A stretch of DNA of 64,000 bases from Chloroflexota bacterium (GCA_013388845.1 JACAEN010000011.1:45686-109685), one strand, 5' to 3'; positions 39,646 through 49,200 are shown, numbered from the stretch's first letter. Translations and numbers: made by a program. Notes: generated by a model from the sequence alone, not told the origin.

Positions 39646-39909
39646 TTACTCCTTACCTATCCTTGACCTGTGTGAATAAGCCGTATGGATTATGTAGCCC
39701 TTTTCATCAGTAGAATATTCGACGTAGATTGTCACCTCACCAAGCCTGCATTTAGCCAGGTATCTATTTCCCTCTGGTTGATATAGTTTCTCACCCCCGG
39801 TCTCGGCAAAGTCTATTACCTTCTTCACCTCTTCCTCTGATATATGCCTATCCTCCAGCCGCTTCTTTACCTCATCGCCTACCTGCAACTTTATCTCTTC
39901 CCAGGACAT
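39646..39909 (-). CDS. 87-aa protein resembling the C-terminal domain of DVU_1558-like Fe-S oxidoreductases
   Basis: LEDRHI...VIDFAETGG.KL...VTIYVEY...IHTAYSHR; GAGGTG RBS. Confidence 0.8.
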   Translation of the reverse strand: MSWEEIKLQVGDEVKKRLEDRHISEEEVKKVIDFAETGGEKLYQPEGNRYLAKCRLGEVTIYVEYSTDEKGYIIHTAYSHRSRIGKE

Positions 39910-39936
39910 ATTGACACCTCGCTTCTTAAAACATTT

Positions 39937-40077
39937 TTAATCCCTCTGATAACCAGTAAGAGCAATCAGATTTCTAGCGCTGTCGCGTAAGCCTTTGTGC
40001 TGTCGAGCTTTGCCAGAATCATGAAGAGTGAAGGTCTGACCATTCTGCTTAGCTACCTCGGGAATGCCTCTTTCCAC
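39937..40077 (-). pseudogene. remnant of a second CCG-domain gene
   Basis: VERGIPEVAKQNGQTFTLHDSGKARQHKGLRDSARNLIALTGYQ aligns with VENGLPKEYKGNGQTFSLHDPCKTRWEKEWHESARTLLTLMGYK of 40079-41218. Confidence 0.75.
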
Positions 40078-40078
40078 C

Positions 40079-41218
40079 TCACGATTTTTGTCTCGATTCC
40101 AATTGCGACTTTAGCGCTGCCTGATTCGCCTTCCTTACTTCTACGGAATTTGTCTTTTTTGTTTTATCCTTTTGCCAGTCAGGGTTAAAGAGGAGGTCGA
40201 GAATATGCACACTAGGTCGGCTAAGGGCGAAAGTCTCACGGCAACCTGCGCAGTAGGAAACTATGTCGAAGTGAGCCTCCGCTAATCTTTCTGTAGCCAC
40301 GTTAAATACACGGAAAGGATTGAGACCGAGGCTCAGCCCTCCCTGCCCGCAACAGTAGGTTAGCTCTCTGGAATGTCTCATTTCCTCTATCTTATAACCC
40401 ATGAGAGTGAGCAGAGTTCGAGCGCTTTCATGCCACTCCTTTTCCCACCTGGTTTTACAAGGGTCGTGGAGAGAGAAGGTTTGACCATTACCCTTGTACT
40501 CCTTGGGAAGCCCGTTCTCCACAATTACCTCATAGAGGCCTTTCAGTCGATAGTTGGGTGTAGTCTGCTTGATAGTGTAGTAGCACTCCGGACAACCAGT
40601 AATTAGCTCTGACGCCCCTAATTTGTTCATCTCTTCTTCCAGTTCTCGCGTCATTCCTTGAAACTGAGAACCTTCGCCCAAGCTATGAGGAAGAGCCCCA
40701 CAACATCTTAAGATAATCCCCGTGCCCGGTAGCTTTTCCCTGAGATAATCCCAGACCTTAATAACGATGGAGGGTGAATATGCTGATAAACTACAGCCAG
40801 GGAACCAAACCCGTTCACATTTAGCAGTATCAGGGTCAGGGAGGGTCAGGGTGAAGGAAGGAGACTCGGCAAATTGTTTGAGGTCTTGTATAACTTTATG
40901 TCCGGGCAGTGGGCCAACTCCTTCCTCTACCAATTGCTCTCGAAGTGCTAAACACAAGTTAGAAATGTTCAGTCCGCGCGGACAAACTCCCTTACATAGC
41001 TCACAGATGTTGCACGCATAAGGGACTTCAGGGTGCTGCCGGAAATAATCTCTCATCCCTAACAGGACCATGCGGACCACAGTTCTCGGATTGAAGCTGG
41101 CATCCACGTTTGCCAGCAGGCAGTTACCAGTGCATGCCCCGCACTGAATGCAACTTATGACCTCTCCAGACCGTGCCGCAATCTCTTTCTTAAGTTTTGA
41201 ATCTAGCTTGTCCATCAA
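40079..41218 (-). CDS. Fe-S oxidoreductase: HdrC-like dicluster plus two CCG domains
   Basis: CIQCGACTGNC, CNICELCKGVCP, FPGC, CCG, GCPEC, HDPC, CCGQGG and YCAGC motifs. Confidence 0.9.
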   Translation of the reverse strand: MMDKLDSKLKKEIAARSGEVISCIQCGACTGNCLLANVDASFNPRTVVRMVLLGMRDYFRQHPEVPYACNICELCKGVCPRGLNISNLCLALREQLVEEGVGPLPGHKVIQDLKQFAESPSFTLTLPDPDTAKCERVWFPGCSLSAYSPSIVIKVWDYLREKLPGTGIILRCCGALPHSLGEGSQFQGMTRELEEEMNKLGASELITGCPECYYTIKQTTPNYRLKGLYEVIVENGLPKEYKGNGQTFSLHDPCKTRWEKEWHESARTLLTLMGYKIEEMRHSRELTYCCGQGGLSLGLNPFRVFNVATERLAEAHFDIVSYCAGCRETFALSRPSVHILDLLFNPDWQKDKTKKTNSVEVRKANQAALKSQLESRQKS

Positions 41219-41245
41219 TATTAGTCCTGGCGCTTAACTGACCTC

Positions 41246-42325
41246 TTACCCTTTGCTTAAGCCTTTGCCTTGTGATAGAAGAATCAAGATTTCTGAAGCT
41301 GCTGCCTTGGCCTGGGCTACCGTATCAGCGATGTCCTTAGGACTTTGGCAACATCCAGCGATAAAAATTCCATCGGCTGACGTAGCTACTGGCTCAAGCA
41401 TAGCATGTCTCTCCATGAAGAAGCCATCCTTTCTTCGGCTGATAGAAAAGAGGTTGGCAATTTTCTCAGCATCAGCCCTCGGCTCAATGGCAACACACAG
41501 GATAACCATGTCCACCGGCACGCGGAGTATTCCGCCCGCCAGCGTATCCTCAACACAAACAACTAACTTTCCTTTTTCCTCCTCGTTTAGGGCACGGTTC
41601 GTAACACTGGCTACCTTGCCTCTTATCAAATTCACGCCTTCTTCGGAAAGGCGATTATAGAATTCCTCATGGCCTTCGCCAACACAACGCATATCGATAT
41701 ACATTTGGTATACTTGGGCATTCGTTTTTTCCATAATTACATGGGAATAATTGAGGGCATACATACAGCATACCCGTGAGCAGTACTCATGATAATTCTT
41801 GTCTCGGCTGCCAACACAATGTATAATAGCTACACTTTCCGGAGGCTTGCCATTTTTGAGCAGGATTTGGCCGCCGGTCGGCCCCGTAGCACTACACATT
41901 CGTTCAAATTCAAGGCTGGTGAGTACATTATCGTATTCCTTATAACCGTATAGAGTGATGACCGAGGGGTCGAAGACATCATAGCCTGTAGCTAGAATCA
42001 CTGCGCCTACGCTTACTTCGGTAAGTCCGTTGCGTGCCTTTTCCCGTATCTTGACTTTGAAATCGCCGACATGACCTGAGACCTCCTCAATCTCACTAGA
42101 GGTCATAAGCTTAATGTTGGGATGAGATTCCAATTTTGTTATCTTGGGAGTGAGGATATCCAAGGCGGAATCCAGAGTAGGAAAGACTTTATCAAACTCG
42201 GCCATGTGCCCGCCAATCCTAGGCTCCCTTTCTACCAGAATAACCTTGTATCCAGCTTCAGCAATATCCAGAGCTGCTTGGATACCAGCGATACCGCCAC
42301 CGACAACAAGGTTAGTTTTGTTCAT
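41246..42325 (-). CDS. truncated HdrA-like flavoprotein
   Basis: VVGGGIAG, DKVFPTLD, ILATGY, LEFER, CVGSRD..YCSRVCC and GIFIAGCCQSPKDI motifs; no ferredoxin inserts. Confidence 0.9.
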   Translation of the reverse strand: MNKTNLVVGGGIAGIQAALDIAEAGYKVILVEREPRIGGHMAEFDKVFPTLDSALDILTPKITKLESHPNIKLMTSSEIEEVSGHVGDFKVKIREKARNGLTEVSVGAVILATGYDVFDPSVITLYGYKEYDNVLTSLEFERMCSATGPTGGQILLKNGKPPESVAIIHCVGSRDKNYHEYCSRVCCMYALNYSHVIMEKTNAQVYQMYIDMRCVGEGHEEFYNRLSEEGVNLIRGKVASVTNRALNEEEKGKLVVCVEDTLAGGILRVPVDMVILCVAIEPRADAEKIANLFSISRRKDGFFMERHAMLEPVATSADGIFIAGCCQSPKDIADTVAQAKAAASEILILLSQGKGLSKG

Positions 42326-42383
42326 GTCAACCTCCTATGAGCGCAAGGTATTTCAACCAGTCTCTCATCAGCGCTCCGCTTGA

Positions 42384-43544
42384 CTAAATCACTTCTTGAA
42401 TCAGTTCTGATATATCCTTAATTTCTAGGATATCGCCTTTGCCCATATCCAAGACGCTATCCATTAGATTGGTAATACAATAAGGGCAACAGGTAGCCAG
42501 TATATCTGCCTTAACCTCGAGAGCTTCCTCTACCCTCCGGTTAGAAAATCTTTCCTCCTTTTTGGTTTCCATCCAAAACCTTCCCCCTCCGCCACCGCAG
42601 CAAAGGCTATTCTCAGCAGACCTGGGTAGTTCCACCAGTTCCAAGCCTGGGATACTCTTCAGGACTTCCCGTGGTGCATCGTATATACCACTATGACGCC
42701 CCAAATAGCACGGGTCATGATAACTCACTCTTTTCTTCAATTCTTTGGTAAATCTTAGCTTGCCGTCCCGAATAAGTATGGCTAAATATTGACAGAAGTG
42801 AAACACTTCAAAATTGCCTTTCAACTTCGAGTATTCGTTCTTGTAGGTGCTATAGCAGTGGGGCGAAGTAGTAACAATTTTCTTAACACCAGCTTCGTTA
42901 AAAGCGTTAATATTGCTCTGGGCTAAACTTTGGAATAAGGCCTCGTCACCCGCTTTGCGAACACTCTCGCCACAGCAAACCTCTTTAGCTCCCAGGATGC
43001 CAAAATCTACTCCAGCCTTTTTAAGGATATTAACTGCAGCCCGGGCAACTCGCTGGACTCTTGTGTCATATGCGGGAATGCAACACGGGAAGTATAATAT
43101 TTCGGTGCCTTCGGTGTGGATTTTTACATCAAGGTCCTTTGCCCAATCTGCTCGTTTCCCCGGCTCCTCTCCCAGAGGATTACCAACCCCAGCAATATTT
43201 TTTAGTGTAATTCTAAGTGAGTCAGGTACCTTGGCCACACCTAGTCCCACAATGACCCTCCGCAGAGCCCTCATGACATCTGTCATTTCCACACCACGAG
43301 GACATTTCTGAGCACAGGCGATACAGGTAGTACACATCCATATATCATCGGCTTTGAAGTCGACCAGACCAAGCTGTGCCTGGTGAATAAGCTTTCGGGT
43401 GGCAAACCGTGGCGGAAACCTGCTGACGAGGTTCCATGGGCAAATGGCAGTACAGAAACCACATTGATAGCAAGATTTGAGAGGGTCACCCCCGCTCTCT
43501 ATTACGGCACCCTTTATGTCCCTATCTGGATTTGTTGCTTTCAT
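42384..43544 (-). CDS. HdrD-like Fe-S oxidoreductase (dicluster plus two CCG domains)
   Basis: CYQCGFCTAICP, CTTCIACAQKCP, GNPLGE, CCGE, YHDPCYLGR, CCGGGGG and CPYC motifs. Confidence 0.92.
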   Translation of the reverse strand: MKATNPDRDIKGAVIESGGDPLKSCYQCGFCTAICPWNLVSRFPPRFATRKLIHQAQLGLVDFKADDIWMCTTCIACAQKCPRGVEMTDVMRALRRVIVGLGVAKVPDSLRITLKNIAGVGNPLGEEPGKRADWAKDLDVKIHTEGTEILYFPCCIPAYDTRVQRVARAAVNILKKAGVDFGILGAKEVCCGESVRKAGDEALFQSLAQSNINAFNEAGVKKIVTTSPHCYSTYKNEYSKLKGNFEVFHFCQYLAILIRDGKLRFTKELKKRVSYHDPCYLGRHSGIYDAPREVLKSIPGLELVELPRSAENSLCCGGGGGRFWMETKKEERFSNRRVEEALEVKADILATCCPYCITNLMDSVLDMGKGDILEIKDISELIQEVI

Positions 43545-43584
43545 GATAAAGCGAGACAGCCCTTTGTTCTTATGTAAGCTGGGG

Positions 43585-43613
43585 ATTATAACAAAAATAT
43601 CTTTTTGGGTAAA
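43585..43613 (-). promoter_or_regulatory. putative sigma70 promoter of the 33.1-43.5 kb cluster
   Basis: TTTACC-17 nt-TATAAT with an extended TG, 40 nt upstream of the first gene. Confidence 0.55.
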
Positions 43614-43633
43614 GTACTGCTGAATAGACTCTC

Positions 43634-43705
43634 AGCTAGCGGTCGGATTTGAACCGACGACCCGCGGTTTACAAAACCGCTGCTCTACCTCTGAGCTACG
43701 CTGGC
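43634..43705 (-). tRNA. tRNA-Thr(TGT)
   Basis: Cloverleaf with TT-TGT-AA loop and GGTTCAAATCC T-arm; C3.A70 mismatch in the acceptor stem; CCA not encoded. Confidence 0.93.
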
Positions 43706-43812
43706 ATTCTAGTTCTTACTCAACCTTATATCTACCTTTTGGCTTGTCAGAGGTAACCTTTGGCTTAGCGCCACGTAGTAATATAAGGCTGGCATTCCGG
43801 GGACACAATACT

Positions 43813-44661
43813 TTAATATTCCCGCCAATTCCAATTGAACCCACCTTTGAACACATTGGCATTCATCTCATTACTGATAAAGAGGTTGGCCTCGGGGAAG
43901 CGTTTAACCATGGCGTAGTAAAAACTAGCAACATCGTTTGTTCTGACCAGTTCCTCCTCAGTAGCGACAAGATAATCCTTGGTGAAATCGTAGGAACTGG
44001 AGTCGAAGGGCATTCCGGGTTTCTGATGGCCGGGAATAATGACCTCGGCGTCCATTTTCTGTAAGCGCTCAATATCCCGTATCCACTGCTGGCGTTCTTC
44101 CGCGGTAAGCTCGCAGGTAAAGGGATGTGCCTGGTTAAAAAGAACGTCGCTCCCATACAGAGTCCGTATTGAAGGGATCCAGACCACTGTGTTGTATTTC
44201 ATGTCCCCCATCACTTCCGGGATAATCTCGATGCGTTGCCCTTCCAGTTCGAAGTAGTTCTCGGTAAGAGGCTCAATATTGGTTGTTTTTCTGGGTACGT
44301 TTATAGCTCCTATCACTTTTTCCCAGTACTCGATTTTGCCGAAGAACTGTTTATTGATGATATGGGCTTCTGAAGGGAGCGCTACAACCCGAGCTTGAGG
44401 GAAAGCCTCGGCGATGGTGCCCAGTCCAAAGTAATGGTCAGGATGCGCATGAGTAATATAAATCGTTTTCAGATATTTGCCTGTTTCCAGTATTTCTGCG
44501 ATTACTCGATGGGCATTTGACAACGTCCACTGTGCATCAATAAGAACGGCATCGGTCTTGCCTGTCACGATTACGGAGGCCACTTCGAAACCACTTTCGT
44601 CGCTGAAAAAGACTTTCGTTGCCAGTGAGTTCCGCCCGTGTGTGTTTAATCTAATCTCCAT
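43813..44661 (-). CDS. MBL-fold metallo-hydrolase
   Basis: VLIDAQ, ITHAHPDHYFG and IIPGH motifs. Confidence 0.88.
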   Translation of the reverse strand: MEIRLNTHGRNSLATKVFFSDESGFEVASVIVTGKTDAVLIDAQWTLSNAHRVIAEILETGKYLKTIYITHAHPDHYFGLGTIAEAFPQARVVALPSEAHIINKQFFGKIEYWEKVIGAINVPRKTTNIEPLTENYFELEGQRIEIIPEVMGDMKYNTVVWIPSIRTLYGSDVLFNQAHPFTCELTAEERQQWIRDIERLQKMDAEVIIPGHQKPGMPFDSSSYDFTKDYLVATEEELVRTNDVASFYYAMVKRFPEANLFISNEMNANVFKGGFNWNWREY

Positions 44662-44959
44662 GAACTTTCTCCCTCCAACAAATTTTCTTTAATTTAACAA
44701 GCAGTGTCCTAGATTGCAATAAGACATCAAGATGTTAAAGTCCTTTAATTTTAAAGAAACATGTTTATCGGCAAATAGGCACCTAGGGCAAGCTCAAAGG
44801 ATAGGCTCGAGGGGTTAACCTCGATCCTGTTTTTGCCTATGAAGCCACATTTCGAGCGATTGTGATCCGACGGAAGCCTCTACTACGATATTTGTTTACG
44901 TAGCTTGAGTATCATCTCTCCGAGTGGGATGGTTAGCTGGGCAGATTAAGAATGCTCTA

Positions 44960-45175
44960 TCAGGACAATGCCTGTCTCAAGGCCGGCAGTACCCACGGCG
45001 AGAAAATCAAGCATAGGCCTCCCAAGACCATGAACAAGCCCCAGAAAAGTGGACTCGTAAAGACTTCCTTCGGCTTTGCCGAGCCTTTGGTAACTAGGTT
45101 AATCCCTGAGGCAAAAAGATAGCAACCCCCGACAAACAGAGCATGAGAGATTACAAGTGCCATAGCTAATAGCAT
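44960..45175 (-). CDS. small two-TM membrane protein
   Basis: Strong AAAGGAGG RBS; two hydrophobic segments. Confidence 0.65.
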   Translation of the reverse strand: MLLAMALVISHALFVGGCYLFASGINLVTKGSAKPKEVFTSPLFWGLFMVLGGLCLIFSPWVLPALRQALS

Positions 45176-45314
45176 TTGCCGCCTCCTTTTATCGCTTATT
45201 CTCGGTGCGAAGTGATACTAACCGTAAGGCAGTTAGAGTGTCAATATGCAGGAATTTCTATTTTTGAAGGTAGCGTAACATTGTGGACTTTTGTTGGGCA
45301 AGTTGGTCTAGATG

Positions 45315-45740
45315 CTAACGGTCTGCTTCCTCGAGTTCTTCTTCAGCGAAGCGACTGACTGTTGTGAAGTCTTTGGACTTTATTCTCACCATATACCAGA
45401 AGCGAAAGGTATCCTTAATGGGTTCTTTATCTACGACCCCGGTGTGGCCTCTATACATTGAGGGAGAATTGGTACTGATTCTCACCTTGCTGCCTTGCTT
45501 GAACTTCGGCACTCTTTTACCATACCCCCGGGGAAGATCATACCCCCTCCGTTTAATCGGGTCAGACAGAATAGCATAAGCCTCATTTATTTCTAGCATT
45601 TTTCTATGGGTTTCCTCGCTCGCCTGATGCCTGTCTGGGTGATATTGAAAAGCTAGCTTGCGATAGGCCTTTCTTATTTCCTTTGCGCTCGCAGTCGGCT
45701 CAATGCCCAAAACTTCGTAATAGTCTCGTTCCTTTTGCAT
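45315..45740 (-). CDS. J-domain protein with a small C-terminal SH3/KOW-like domain
   Basis: DYYEVLG...AYRKLA..YHPD...INEAY.ILSD; C-terminal FKQGSKVRI...GHTGVV. Confidence 0.85.
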   Translation of the reverse strand: MQKERDYYEVLGIEPTASAKEIRKAYRKLAFQYHPDRHQASEETHRKMLEINEAYAILSDPIKRRGYDLPRGYGKRVPKFKQGSKVRISTNSPSMYRGHTGVVDKEPIKDTFRFWYMVRIKSKDFTTVSRFAEEELEEADR

Positions 45741-45857
45741 TTTGCGTATCCTGATCTCCTAATGTTCGTTGAGTATTTTAGCACACCCACTGTCACGGAG
45801 ATAATAGATGGTAAAATGTTCCATGGTTATCATTATGGTGGGTGAGCTAGTCCTTAC

Positions 45858-46601
45858 ATGATTGTTAGAGAAGTCTATGCCAGGAGCATACTATCCGAAT
45901 CGAAGGTCTTTGACTACGTGGTGAACCCATACATTGGGTGCCAGCACGGTTGCAGTTATTGCTATGCTCGTTTCATGAAGAGATTCACGGGACATAAGGA
46001 ACCGTGGGGGCAGTTTGTTGACGTTAAGGTTAATGCCCTAGCTCTGCTGCTGCAGGAGATAAAAAAGAAACCGCCCGGTAGAGTGTGGATAAGCGGAGTA
46101 TGCGACCCTTATCAACCGCTGGAGGGACAATATGAGTTGACAAAGAAGTGTCTTGAAGTATTGATTCAACATGATTGGCCAGTTACAATCCAGACGAAAT
46201 CTCCACTCGTGTTGCGTGACATAGACTTATTCAGGAGAGGCGATAAAGTCGAGGTCGGGTTCTCAGTTACTAGTGCCGACGATAAGGTAAGAAAGTTGTT
46301 TGAACCAGGTGTGCCATCTATTGAGGAAAGGCTCAAAGCACTGGAGGAGCTACATCTTGCCGGCATTAGAACTTATGCCATGATTGCGCCGATGCTTCCT
46401 GGGGCGGAGGAACTTGCAGATGGGCTTAAGGGGAAAGTGGACTACGTATTGATCGACAAAATGAACTACCACTATGGCGATTGGGTGTATAGAAAGTATA
46501 ATTTAGAGGGCGCCATGAGCAATGATTTTTTCTCCTTAAAAGGCAAGGAACTGGCCTCTGCCTTTGCAAAACAGGGCATCGAGTGTCGCGTGCTATATTG
46601 A
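45858..46601 (+). CDS. radical SAM protein, spore-photoproduct-lyase-like family
   Basis: NPYIGCQHGCSYCYA, DPYQPLE and TKS..V.RD motifs. Confidence 0.88.
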   Translation: MIVREVYARSILSESKVFDYVVNPYIGCQHGCSYCYARFMKRFTGHKEPWGQFVDVKVNALALLLQEIKKKPPGRVWISGVCDPYQPLEGQYELTKKCLEVLIQHDWPVTIQTKSPLVLRDIDLFRRGDKVEVGFSVTSADDKVRKLFEPGVPSIEERLKALEELHLAGIRTYAMIAPMLPGAEELADGLKGKVDYVLIDKMNYHYGDWVYRKYNLEGAMSNDFFSLKGKELASAFAKQGIECRVLY

Positions 46602-46858
46602 CGGCGCTTGGGTAACGGCCTTTTTGAGTACATTGCTAAGTGAGATGCTGGCAGCGCTCAGCGAGTAAAGCATTCGCCCCAAAATGTGCTGCTATTTACT
46701 TCAATATTAGCCGGTGCGTCTGGCGGTTAGCAAAATGAGTGATTGTTACCTGCGTAGTGTATCGAACTGAACAGGGGCCCGTTAAGTAGCTGCCTCACCG
46801 AGGATAGAGCCTAAGTTTTGGTGGTATAATGATTTCCGAATTGGTCTAGGAGGTGGCG

Positions 46859-48370
46859 ATGGAAAAGTCAATAATCATCATCGGGGGTGGCATTGCTGGC
46901 CTGTCTGCCGGGTGCTATGGACAGATGAATGGCTACCAGACTCAGATATTTGAGATGCACGATAAGAGTGGTGGGGTATGCACCGGCTGGAAACGCAAAG
47001 GCTATACCATTGACGGCTGTATGCACTGGCTGGTAGGCACCAACCCGGCCAACAAGTTCTATCACATTTGGGAGGAGTTGGGGGTGGCGCCGGGGTGGAG
47101 AATCATTGACCACGAGCAGTTTATATCCATTGAAGGAGGGGAAGGCAAGGTCTTTACTGTTTATGCTGACATTGACCGTCTGGAGCAACATATGAAGGAG
47201 CTTGCCCCTGAGGACAAGAATGTTATCGGAGAACTTACCAAAGGAGTGCGTGACTGCACCCATGTGGATATGCCGATAGAAAAAGCTCCCGAATTATATG
47301 GCCCCATTGACGGGTTCAAGATGATATTTGCTATGTTTCCCTTGTTAAAATTCATGAGAAAATGGGGCAAGGTTTCGTCTCTTGGTTTTACCAGGCGCTT
47401 CCAGAATCCCTTCCTGCGCGAGGCTATCTCCGTAGCCTTCTTAGGCGATTTTAGGGATGATTTTCCTCCCTTATTTATGCTTATGACGCTAGCCTGGTTG
47501 CACCAGAAGGCGGCCGGTTATCTAGTTGGTGGTGGCTTGGCGCTGTCCGGCGCTATTGAGCGTCGCTACCTCAGTTTGGGCGGTGAACTTTACTGCAAGT
47601 CAAGAGTGGACAAAATCTTGGTGAAGGATGATAAGGCGGTTGGCGTACGGCTAGCTGATGGGACAGAACACCGTGGTGATATTGTCATCTCCGCTGCCGA
47701 TGGTCACACCACCATTTTTGATATGCTCGATGGAAGATACACCGATGAAAAAATCCGGGGTTATTACGATAATCCTAAGCTGTTTCCGCCGTTGGTATAT
47801 ATCGGCCTGGGGGTCGCTCGTTCGTTCGATAATGTGCCATCTTCAGTAGCCGGGCTGAGCTTCCCTATTGACAAGCCGATTACTATTGCCGGGCAGGAGC
47901 ATAAGCGGCTGGGCGTGCAGATTTACAACTTTGACCCAACCCTAGCCCCAAAGGGCAAGACCGTATTGAAAGTCCAGTTCAATACTGACTATGATTACTG
48001 GAAGAAGTTGAGGCAAGAGCCTGAGCGATATAATGCGGAGAAAGAGCAGATTGCTGAGCAGGTAATTACGGCGCTGGACCGACGTTTCCCCGGCTTAGCT
48101 GCTAAGGTGGAGATGCATGATGTGGCTACGCCTATGACCTGGGAGAGATATACGGGCAACTGGCGGGGTAGCTATGAGGGGTGGCTGCCCTCAGCCCAGT
48201 CTCTGATGAAGCGCATGAGTAAGACTCTCCCCGGACTGGACGACTTCTATATGGCTGGACAGTGGGTTGAACCTGGGGGAGGCCTGCCCACGGCTGCGAT
48301 GTCTGGTCGCAATGTAATACAGATAATCTGCAAAAGGGATGAAAGGCAATTCGTGACAATGGTGGCGTGA
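46859..48370 (+). CDS. phytoene dehydrogenase-like NAD(P)/FAD oxidoreductase
   Basis: IIGGGIAGL, GGVCTGW.RKGY, ATP.TW.RYT and GQWVEPGGG motifs; ATG 46859 follows AGGAGG. Confidence 0.88.
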   Translation: MEKSIIIIGGGIAGLSAGCYGQMNGYQTQIFEMHDKSGGVCTGWKRKGYTIDGCMHWLVGTNPANKFYHIWEELGVAPGWRIIDHEQFISIEGGEGKVFTVYADIDRLEQHMKELAPEDKNVIGELTKGVRDCTHVDMPIEKAPELYGPIDGFKMIFAMFPLLKFMRKWGKVSSLGFTRRFQNPFLREAISVAFLGDFRDDFPPLFMLMTLAWLHQKAAGYLVGGGLALSGAIERRYLSLGGELYCKSRVDKILVKDDKAVGVRLADGTEHRGDIVISAADGHTTIFDMLDGRYTDEKIRGYYDNPKLFPPLVYIGLGVARSFDNVPSSVAGLSFPIDKPITIAGQEHKRLGVQIYNFDPTLAPKGKTVLKVQFNTDYDYWKKLRQEPERYNAEKEQIAEQVITALDRRFPGLAAKVEMHDVATPMTWERYTGNWRGSYEGWLPSAQSLMKRMSKTLPGLDDFYMAGQWVEPGGGLPTAAMSGRNVIQIICKRDERQFVTMVA

Positions 48371-48423
48371 TGTTGACCCCTGACGATATTGGACTGTGGT
48401 AGTGCAGAGGAAACCACCAGTGT

Positions 48424-49104
48424 TCATCTCCTAAGCTTACTCTGGAGAGCGTCACTCTCTAGTTCTTTGAGAGCATCAGAAGCAACCCAGCGCGCAGCCT
48501 TCGAGTCAAGGCGCTGGATTTTCTTGGCAGTATTTATCGCAGCTTCGTTCAGATTGAGGTTCCTTTTTCCGATGTTTCTCAGAGCCCAGTTCACGGCTTT
48601 CTTGACGAAGTTACGCTCATCAGTAGCCCCTCGTATTATTACAGGAAGCAGTTCGATGAATGCCTCATCGCTAGCCTTCTTATCATGCCAGGCCAAGCAA
48701 GCTGTCAGCGAAAAGGCCGTCCTTTTGACAAACTCTTCTTCTCGCTCAGACCAATCGATGATTTTCTTCCAAGCTAATGGGTTCTTTTCAAAAAGATTCA
48801 TGCATACCTGGTCGCAGACATCCCAGGAAGCAATATCTTTCACCCAATCTTCCATCTGCTCTTCAGTTAGCTCAGCAGGGTCATCAACCATCCCAGCCAG
48901 GATTCTGGCTTCAGCTATTCCGGTTCTCCATAAGTCCAGTGCCAGCTTGTGATCTTTTGCTATTTCCTTAGCCAGTTTCCTCATATCAGGAACTGAGACG
49001 CCTAATCTCTGTTCCACGGTCATGCCGTATTTGGCCATTCCTTTTAACTGCTCTGGATGAGCCTTGCTCTGGAGTTTGTCCAGCACATTCTTCACAGAAG
49101 CCAT
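48424..49104 (-). CDS. DNA alkylation repair protein (AlkD-like)
   Basis: LGVSVP, EARILA, WDVCD and VKKAVNWALR.IGKR motifs. Confidence 0.88.
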   Translation of the reverse strand: MASVKNVLDKLQSKAHPEQLKGMAKYGMTVEQRLGVSVPDMRKLAKEIAKDHKLALDLWRTGIAEARILAGMVDDPAELTEEQMEDWVKDIASWDVCDQVCMNLFEKNPLAWKKIIDWSEREEEFVKRTAFSLTACLAWHDKKASDEAFIELLPVIIRGATDERNFVKKAVNWALRNIGKRNLNLNEAAINTAKKIQRLDSKAARWVASDALKELESDALQSKLRR

Positions 49105-49169
49105 TGTTTCCTCGTATGCCGTTACTTCAAAATTACTAACACATATATTGAGTCGTGTGTGAAGATAAT

Positions 49170-49200
49170 GACAAGAGAGAGCATATTACCCTCTCTTGTC
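49170..49200 (-). terminator. hairpin downstream of the caspase-family gene
   Basis: GACAAGAGAG-N11-CTCTCTTGTC, a 10-bp stem; U-tract weak. Confidence 0.4.

Noticed and set aside
40079-40081. TGA of the CCG gene as selenocysteine, continuing into the downstream homologous fragment
   Set aside because: The fragment is in a different frame and duplicates an internal region rather than extending the protein.
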